DNA of 64,000 nt from Caulobacteraceae bacterium (GTDB lineage Bacteria; Pseudomonadota; Alphaproteobacteria; Caulobacterales; Caulobacteraceae): NCBI GenBank assembly GCA_947475735.1, contig CANJLQ010000014.1:51751-115750 (forward strand), written 5' to 3'. Within the stretch, counting starts at the first letter, position 1; each line of letters opens with the position of its first letter. A program made the translations under genes and the position numbers. Under the pieces are notes generated by a model, which was not told where the DNA came from, did not search any database, and saw only the letters and a list, made by a program, of their open reading frames with translations. Shown in pieces: positions 58,059 through 64,000 of this stretch.

Positions 58059-59474
58059 TTACTGGCCCAATCCGTCGCTGGCGTGTGCGTCTGCCCACGC
58101 TTCGAAATCGCTCCATCTTCGGTGGGCGAGAAGCAGGCTGACCGCGCGGCCGTGGGTGGCGGCGAGATCGGCGGGTCGGTCGATCCGGTGAGCCGGCTCG
58201 CGGCGATGCCAGGGGGCGAACAGCCTCTCCCATGACGCGATGCGGAAGGCGCGGACGAGGTGCGCCCCGTCCCACTCAGGTTCAAGCGAAGGCACAGCAT
58301 CTGGCAGGCCGAGGACGCGACCGGGATCGGCGGGCCCGCCGGTCAGGGCGCAGGCGAGGACGGCACCGGCGCCGACGCCGGCGACCTCGGCGTCCGACAG
58401 GTTCAGCGCATCGAGGGCGGCGCGGACCGAGCCGGGCCAGTCGATGGGGCCGGCCCAGCCCCCGGCGGAAAGGCCGTGGCCGGGCAGGTCCAGCGCGATG
58501 ACGGGGCGGTCCCGTGGCGCGGTCAGGTCGGCGGCGCAGCCTCCGGCGTCATGAAGCATGACGAGGGGGCGGCCGGGGCCACCCGACAGACGCTGAAAGG
58601 CCAGTCGCTCCTCGCCCAGCCAGACGAAGCCCTCCCCGATGCCGTCCAGGGCGATCGTCCCCGGATGGGCGGCCAGATGCTCGGCCGCACCCGCATGAAG
58701 CGCCGGTGCGTCGGCGAAGATCGTGCCGCGACCCGCCAGACCCGGGCGGTCCAGATGAGGGGTCAGGATATCCGCGGCGGTGCAGGCGATCAGGGCGGAT
58801 GCCGGCAGTCGGTCGGCGACGGCCTCGGCGCGGAAGGTGAAGGCGGCGTGGTAGACGGGGCGGTAGGCGTCGCCGGTCGCCAGCAGGTCCATCGCGTTGG
58901 CGTGGATGTGCTCAGGGCTGGAGACGGCCATCGCCATCCGCTCGGCCGGGTCGGTGGAATGCCAGGGGAAGAAGACGGTCTGGGCCTCCATCCGCGCCCA
59001 CAGCCAGGCCATGTGGGAGCCGTCCCAGCGGGGCTCGAACGGCGGGAGGTAGTCGGCGAGGAAGCGGGCGCGCTCGGCCTCGGTCCAGGCGGGCAGGCCG
59101 TCGCAGACCAGGGCGGCGGTGCTGTGCGGGAACAGGGTGGCGAAGGTCGCGGCGGTCGCGGCCCCGGTGTGGAAGCCGTACAGGCCGACGCGTGCGAGGC
59201 CGAGCGTCTCGGTGAGGCGATGCAGCGCGCGGGCGAAGTCGGCGCTGTCGGGATCGGCGATCGGCAGGGGGGTGGAGGTGCCTGCGCCGGGCGTGTCGGG
59301 AGCGAGGGCGGTCAGGCCGCGCGCGGCGATCGCCTGACAGACCGTCTCGACGGCGCGGGAAGACTGGGGCGAGCCGTGGACGACGAAGACCGCCGGGCCG
59401 CGACCGTAGCGGCGGATAAGGACGCGGCGGCCGTCGACGACGACGAAGGCGCGCTCTCCGCCTGGCCGGGTCAC
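58059..59474 (-). CDS. Internally duplicated alpha/beta-hydrolase-fold protein (two tandem modules), apparently without a canonical nucleophile
   Basis: Two HG-type modules (VFVVHGSPQSS..DTPGAGTS.. and LVMLHDAGG..DLPGHGLS..). Each is followed by the repeat EP.WDG.H...F.PWH. The elbows read GFHTG and GVGAG. Start at GTG 59474 with a GTGA overlap to the upstream stop; the longer ORF extension is Arg-rich shadow. Confidence 0.65.
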   Translation of the reverse strand: MTRPGGERAFVVVDGRRVLIRRYGRGPAVFVVHGSPQSSRAVETVCQAIAARGLTALAPDTPGAGTSTPLPIADPDSADFARALHRLTETLGLARVGLYGFHTGAATAATFATLFPHSTAALVCDGLPAWTEAERARFLADYLPPFEPRWDGSHMAWLWARMEAQTVFFPWHSTDPAERMAMAVSSPEHIHANAMDLLATGDAYRPVYHAAFTFRAEAVADRLPASALIACTAADILTPHLDRPGLAGRGTIFADAPALHAGAAEHLAAHPGTIALDGIGEGFVWLGEERLAFQRLSGGPGRPLVMLHDAGGCAADLTAPRDRPVIALDLPGHGLSAGGWAGPIDWPGSVRAALDALNLSDAEVAGVGAGAVLACALTGGPADPGRVLGLPDAVPSLEPEWDGAHLVRAFRIASWERLFAPWHRREPAHRIDRPADLAATHGRAVSLLLAHRRWSDFEAWADAHASDGLGQ

Positions 59475-60469
59475 ACCCGGACCAGGGTCTTGCCGACATT
59501 CTCGCCGCGCATGAGACGCTCCAGCTGGGCCCCGGCGGAGTCGAGGCCCTGACCGATGTCCTCGGCGATGGTCAGGCGGCCGTTCTTGACCCAGGGCTCG
59601 GCCAGCGCGGTCCACTCGGCCCAGCGCGGATAGAAGTCGTAGACGACCAGGCCGAAGACGGCGGCGCGCTTGCCGACCAGGGGGCCGATGGCGGTGACGG
59701 CCGGACCGGCATCGGCGTGGTAGTGGTCGGCGAGGCCGCACAGGACGACGCGGCCGTAGAGCTTGAGATTTCGGATGCCGACCGCCAGCTGGCCGGCGCC
59801 GACGTTCTCGAAATGGATGGTCGAGCCGGGCGCGACGGCGGTGGCTACCTGCGCCTCCCAGTCCTCAGCGCGGTAGTCGATGCAGGCCTCGAAGCCATAG
59901 CGGTCGACGACGAGGGCGCATTTCTCCGGCCCGCCCGCGATGCCGACGGCGCGGCCGCCGAGATTGCGGGCGATCTGGCCCGCGACCCCGCCGACCGTGC
60001 CCGCCGCCGCGTTGACGGTCAGAAGGTCACCCGCGCCGGTCTTCGCCAACTGGGTCATGCCGGCCCATGCTGTGAGGCCTGGCATGCCCAGCACGCTGAG
60101 ATGCAGCGACGGCGCGATTTCGGTCGAGACCTTGCGGGCGGTGTCAGAGCGGACCCAGGCCAGGTCGGTCCAGCCGGCCTCGACCACCACCCGGTCGCCT
60201 GGCGCGAAGGCGGGGTCATGGCTGGCTTCGACCTCGGCGACGCAGAAGCCGGGCAGGGGCTCGCCGGGGGCGGGGGCGGGCTCGCCCATGTGACGGCCCC
60301 GGATGCGCGCGCCGATGTAGGGGTCGAGCGAAAGGAACAGGGGGCGGACCCTCAGCCAGCCTTCGCCTTCCGGCGGGGTGCGGTCGCGGGTCACGACGGT
60401 GAAATCGTCGGCGACGGGGACGGCCTCGACGGGCCGGGTGAGGACGACTTCTCGGGCTCGATCGCTCAT
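59471..60469 (-). CDS. NADP-dependent MDR-superfamily oxidoreductase (YncB/CurA/alkenal-enone reductase type)
   Basis: LSLDPY.., GMPGLTAWAG, and the NADP loop AAGTVGGVAGQIAR. ATGA overlap with the upstream VOC gene. Confidence 0.82.
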   Translation of the reverse strand: MSDRAREVVLTRPVEAVPVADDFTVVTRDRTPPEGEGWLRVRPLFLSLDPYIGARIRGRHMGEPAPAPGEPLPGFCVAEVEASHDPAFAPGDRVVVEAGWTDLAWVRSDTARKVSTEIAPSLHLSVLGMPGLTAWAGMTQLAKTGAGDLLTVNAAAGTVGGVAGQIARNLGGRAVGIAGGPEKCALVVDRYGFEACIDYRAEDWEAQVATAVAPGSTIHFENVGAGQLAVGIRNLKLYGRVVLCGLADHYHADAGPAVTAIGPLVGKRAAVFGLVVYDFYPRWAEWTALAEPWVKNGRLTIAEDIGQGLDSAGAQLERLMRGENVGKTLVRV

Positions 60470-61344
60470 GCTTCCACGACCTCGACCAGGGTTCCGTCGG
60501 GAGCGCGCAGGGTCCCCGCGCGCTTGCCGCCATAGATGGTGCCGTCGCGGGCGACGGGTGGGGCGATCCAACCCTTCAGCGCGTCGAAGTCGGGGTGGCG
60601 GAAGGTGGTGATGGCAATGCCAGGGGGCAGGGCGCCGGGCTCGGTGGGGCGCGGCGTCGTCGCCTCCGGATACTGGTCCAGCTCCAGGAAGCAGTCGCGG
60701 CCGTGGACCATGGTGGCCAGGGTGTGTTTGGTGTCGGCGGGCAGGTCGAAGGCCGCGTTGATCATGGTGTAGACGAGATCCATCGAGCGGCCGGCCGACA
60801 GCTTCAGCTCCGTCTCGAACCAGTCCAGCGAGGCCTGAAGGTCGGAGCAGGCCAGGACGATGATGAACAGCTTGTCGATCACGCTGTCCGCGCGGGGCAG
60901 GTCGTAGGCGGGCAGGTTGTCCCGGATCTGGGTCAGATAGACGATCTCCTGATCCGGCCCCTTCACCTGCATGGGGAAGATGGCGGGCAGGCCGTCCAGT
61001 TCCTTCGGCGGGCCGATGATCTGGAAGGGGGACCGCTCCATGCGGGCGTTCACGGCGTGGGTGTCCTGGGTGCAGATCTCGATGGCCGCCCAGCCGTAGG
61101 TGCGGAGTGGCCTGTAGTCGGGAGGCGTCGCGCCTTCCACGAAGCGCAGGAAGACGTCCGCGTCGGAGGCCGGGCGGCAGACCACGAACGCACGCCCGGC
61201 CGAGGCGGGGCAGCCCCACCCGCCGGCGAGGTCGGAGGGGACGCGGCCGCGCTCCACCACCTCATAGTCCAGCCATTCGACATAGCGGGCCGCGGTCGCC
61301 TTCGGGTCGGCGACGGTCAGAGTGGCGGCGCGCAGGAGTTCCAT
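60466..61344 (-). CDS. Two-module VOC (glyoxalase/extradiol-dioxygenase-fold) protein, unknown substrate
   Basis: Two repeats of the beta-alpha-beta-beta-beta style N-termini (ATLTVADPKATAARYVEWLDYEVV and LFIIVLACSDLQASLDWFETELKL). Assignment is by pattern only. Confidence 0.5.
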   Translation of the reverse strand: MELLRAATLTVADPKATAARYVEWLDYEVVERGRVPSDLAGGWGCPASAGRAFVVCRPASDADVFLRFVEGATPPDYRPLRTYGWAAIEICTQDTHAVNARMERSPFQIIGPPKELDGLPAIFPMQVKGPDQEIVYLTQIRDNLPAYDLPRADSVIDKLFIIVLACSDLQASLDWFETELKLSAGRSMDLVYTMINAAFDLPADTKHTLATMVHGRDCFLELDQYPEATTPRPTEPGALPPGIAITTFRHPDFDALKGWIAPPVARDGTIYGGKRAGTLRAPDGTLVEVVEA

Positions 61345-61373
61345 GAGGTCGCGATTCCGGGCTCGGTTCGAAA

Positions 61374-61391
61374 TGGTATAGATTTATATCA
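61374..61391. promoter_or_regulatory. Palindrome TGGTATA-GATT-TATATCA in the VOC/DUF1330 divergent gap (site 2 of 2)
   Basis: Read directly at 61374-61391. Same motif as 56448-56465. Roughly centred in the 79-bp gap (30 nt from the VOC ATG, 33 nt from the DUF1330 GTG). Confidence 0.6.
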
Positions 61392-61423
61392 TTTGAGCGC
61401 GCTAGGGTGGGCATAGCAAGGGG

Positions 61424-61732
61424 GTGCGCGTGGCTGCCTATATGATCGTCCTGGCCGATATCGCGGATCGAGACGCCTTCATCGGCGGCTACGGCAAGGC
61501 GGCCGCGGCCCTGATCGAACAGCACGGCGGGCGCTATCTGGTGCGGGCACCGGGCGTCCAGCTGCTAGAGGGCGACTGGGGCGACGGATCGTCCGCCGTC
61601 ATCTCCGAATGGCCCGACATGACGGCGCTCCGCGCCTTCTGGGACAGCCCCGAATACGCCGAGATCAAAAAGCTGCGCGACGGCATCGCCGATTGCCGCG
61701 TCTGGGCCATCGAGGCCCCCAACCGACCCTGA
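61424..61732 (+). CDS. DUF1330 domain protein (dimeric alpha/beta-barrel fold)
   Basis: AAYMIVLADIADRDAF..Y...A...IEQHGGRYLVR......LEGDW......VISEWPDM.ALRAFWDSPEY is the typical DUF1330 pattern. Confidence 0.8.
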   Translation: MRVAAYMIVLADIADRDAFIGGYGKAAAALIEQHGGRYLVRAPGVQLLEGDWGDGSSAVISEWPDMTALRAFWDSPEYAEIKKLRDGIADCRVWAIEAPNRP

Positions 61733-61751
61733 ACCTGACTGGAGGAAGACG

Positions 61752-62645
61752 ATGATCCGCACCCTGACCGCCCTGGCCGCGCTCGCCGCCGCCGCCCTGC
61801 CGATCTCTGCGAGCGCGCAGAGCATCGACCTGTCGACCCCCGCCGGCGCGATCGCGGCGAACCGCAAGGTCCAGTGCTCGACCGTGGACGGCGAGCCGGT
61901 GGTCTATCACTGGTCCGGCCGGGTGTTCGCCCGTTCGCCAGGCGAGCCGGACCGCCATATCTTCAACGTCGAGGGCATGAACGTGCGCCAGTGCGGCACG
62001 GTCACCGACCCCGTACGAGGCACCGGCTATCGCCTCGTCTCGCGCGAGCTGATGCTCTACCTCGACCCGCGTACCAACCAGATCCTGCGCAGCTGGACCA
62101 ACCCCGTGACCGATCAGGTCGTCGAAGTGGTCCATGTCGCCAACGACCCGGTCAACTCGCGCCCGACCTATGAGCGCAACGCGGACGGCTCGCCCTTCAC
62201 GTTCAGTGGCCGGGTCAATCAGGGCAAGGTGTTCCTGAACTTCGAGGCCCCTTTGTTCTATGTGAACCCTCTGGGCGGCGACTATCAGGAGTATGTCGGC
62301 AACCAGTACCACGCGATGGAGATCTTCGACTTCTCCATGCAGGAGGCCGACCTGATCGACGCCTCGCGGCCCCGCGCCGACCCGGCCATCGCCTGGGTGC
62401 GGATGTCGCCCTGGCTGCCGTGGATGCGGATGGGCGGGCGGCCCGGCGGCCTGGTGTTCAACGCGGTCGGCCAGACCATGTCGAACGGCATCGACGGCCT
62501 GCCGCAGGTCCTGAGGGACGAGATCTCGGCCAACTACCCCGACTATGTCGCCCCGCCGCCCCTGACCGATACGCGGCCCAACGAGACCAGCTGGACCTAT
62601 TTCAAGAAGATCTTCGACGCCGAGCGAGCGGCGGCGGCGCAGTAG
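61752..62645 (+). CDS. Secreted DUF1838-family protein
   Basis: Signal peptide MIRTLTALAALAAAALPISASA. VVYHWSGRVF..., FNVEGMNVRQC pattern recalled from DUF1838. Confidence 0.65.
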   Translation: MIRTLTALAALAAAALPISASAQSIDLSTPAGAIAANRKVQCSTVDGEPVVYHWSGRVFARSPGEPDRHIFNVEGMNVRQCGTVTDPVRGTGYRLVSRELMLYLDPRTNQILRSWTNPVTDQVVEVVHVANDPVNSRPTYERNADGSPFTFSGRVNQGKVFLNFEAPLFYVNPLGGDYQEYVGNQYHAMEIFDFSMQEADLIDASRPRADPAIAWVRMSPWLPWMRMGGRPGGLVFNAVGQTMSNGIDGLPQVLRDEISANYPDYVAPPPLTDTRPNETSWTYFKKIFDAERAAAAQ

Positions 62646-62666
62646 CCGCCGGCATCCGGACAAACG

Positions 62667-62697
62667 AAAACGCCCGGCCGCGAGGCCGGGCGTTTTT
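62667..62697. terminator. Rho-independent, potentially bidirectional terminator
   Basis: AAAA-CGCCCGGCC-GCGA-GGCCGGGCG-TTTTT. Perfect 9-bp GC stem and 4-nt loop, with a T-run on the plus strand and an A-run (a T-run on the minus strand) upstream. Lies 22 nt after the DUF1838 stop. Confidence 0.9.
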
Positions 62698-63135
62698 GCG
62701 TTGGGGCGAGGAAGGTCGCCTTACTTGATCTTGCCCTCTTAATCGGCTCTTCTCTTTTTCGTGATGCCATCGTTTGCTCCTGATTGATCTCATACGCCTA
62801 AATACGACGATCCGCGACAGTCTTTGCTCAAGGTTGATCGGTCGTGTCGATCCTTGTCCGGCGTGCGAGTCCTGATGCGCCGTGCACTCTTCCGCGCTCA
62901 TCGACGGCGGGGTCTTGACCGACTGAGCGGTCCTGGATCCGTCGCGGCGCATGTCGGCATCGAAGTTGCGGGGCAGCATCACAGGCACTCCGGCGTGGTC
63001 CTGGCTCGCGCCGGCCACAGGCAAGATATCGTGCTTCCCGCATTTCTGGTCTGCATCAGTCCTCATCCGCTCGGGGCGGATCTCCATGACGCGATCAGCC
63101 GGGTCAGGACCTGGCGGTATCGCGCGCGTTCGGGG

Positions 63136-64000
63136 TCAGGCGTAGGCGCCCAGCAACTTGATCTCCTTGGCGGTGGCGGCGCCGCGGACGGCGTCATCGA
63201 CGTCGGGGCGATCGGCGTAACAGGTGCCGTCGCGCCACATGGCGTGCATCACGACGGCGAGCTTTCGGGCCACCGCCACGACCGCCTTCTTGTGGCAGCG
63301 TTTGGCGATCTTCTCACCCCAGGTCTTGAGCGCGGTCTTGCCTTTGTAGCGGGTCAGCATGGCGCTGGCGGCCTCGTAGAGCGCGCGCCGGACGTCGGGA
63401 TCGCCCGCCTTGCTGATGCGGCCCTGGATGTCGATCGAGGTGCCCGACTGCCATCGCTTCGAGGTCAGGCCGAAGTAGGCGCCGACGTCGCGCGACCGTT
63501 TGAACCGGGTCGGGTCATCGACGGCGGTAAGGAAGGTCATGGCCGTCACCGGGCCGACGCCGGGGATGGCCATGAAGCGCCGGCACACCTCGTCCTGGGC
63601 CACCCAGCGGACGACCAGATCGTGCAGCTTGAGGTATTCCTTCCACAGCGCGGCCCGGGCCGTCAGCATGCAGTCCATCAGCTCGGCGGTCAGGGCGTCG
63701 TCGTCGCAGGCGTCGCGCACGGCCCGGTCGAACGCCCCGCGTCCCACCTTGCCGAGCTTGATCCCGAAGCTCTTCAGCGAATGACGGATGCTGTTCTCCA
63801 GATCGAGGAATTTGCGCTTCAGGTTGCGGCGCTGGATCAACAGCAACCGCAGCCGGTAGGCCGCGTCGCTCTTCACATAAGCCTGTTTGAACCAGCCGGT
63901 CCGCATGATGTGCGCCAGGCCGAGCGCGTCGTTGGCGTCGGTCTTGTTGCGCTGGGCCGACATCGCCGCGCGGACGTTGCGGGTCTCCAGGCACACGGCC
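63136..64000 (-). mobile_element. IS110-family transposase gene, C-terminal about 288 codons (N-terminus beyond window end)
   Basis: Motifs KTDANDA, FMAIPGVGPVTAMTFLTAVDDPTRF, YFGLTSKRWQSGTSIDIQGRISKAGDPDVRRALYEAA and VAVARKLAVVMHAMWRDG are typical of the IS110/IS1111 DEDD transposase plus Transposase_20 domains. The ORF is open at 64000. Confidence 0.88.

Noticed and set aside
59475-59741. 89-codon N-terminal extension of the hydrolase-like ORF, and similar Arg-rich extensions of the ORFs at 59471-61219, 38745-39959, 23506-24924 and 26164-27621
   Set aside because: The extensions overlap the upstream genes and are Arg/Pro/Gly-rich. Internal starts give stop/start-coupled operon junctions and sensible N-termini.
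62602-63087. 161-aa minus-strand ORF in the IS110 flank, and a 57-codon ORF (62597-62770) preceded by AGGAG-N6-ATG
   Set aside because: Both read through the strong terminator hairpin (62667-62697) and into the 3-prime end of the DUF1838 gene. The translations have no recognisable features. The Shine-Dalgarno-like match alone is insufficient.

Overview
High-GC alphaproteobacterial chromosome segment. Gene content (TamAB, DUF2336 paralogs, GTP-type PEPCK, a CtrA-box-like site) suggests Caulobacterales/Brevundimonas; that placement is inference only. The window is densely coding. I support about 58 protein genes, one tRNA-Lys(UUU), two toxin-antitoxin gene fragments and a partial IS110-family transposase at the right edge. 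There is no rRNA, no CRISPR array and no intact recognisable defence system.

Most of the window is core housekeeping:
- Iron uptake: a TonB-dependent receptor plus an Fbp-type ABC transporter.
- BlaI/BlaR1-like pair.
- pckG.
- TonB.
- RND efflux pair.
- nadK and coaD.
- Tandem cyclophilins.
- ppx, hspQ and phhA.
- Arginine succinyltransferase genes astA, astD and astB.
- tamA and tamB.
- Two hybrid histidine kinases.
- tgt.

The most interesting region is the accessory-looking block at about 56.0-62.7 kb, next to the IS110 element. It holds a YciI-like protein, an MFS transporter, an internally duplicated alpha/beta-hydrolase-like protein that seems to lack a catalytic nucleophile in both halves, an enone-reductase-type MDR oxidoreductase, a two-module VOC protein, DUF1330 and a secreted DUF1838. 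Its two divergent promoter gaps carry nearly the same 18-bp palindrome (TGGTATAGAYTTATAYCA), and no regulator gene lies in cis. A 235-bp structured inverted-repeat element sits between the convergent genes inside the block.

Other notable points:
- A decayed AbiEi/AbiEii module beside an AT-rich patch at 1.0-1.6 kb.
- BlaI-type TACA/TGTA operators.
- A CtrA-box-like site upstream of a lytic transglycosylase.
- A Fur-box-like site upstream of the TonB-dependent receptor.
- A 436-bp non-coding flank downstream of the IS110 transposase that could encode a guide (bridge/seek) RNA.

All functional calls come from by-eye motif recognition in the supplied translations. No database search was run.
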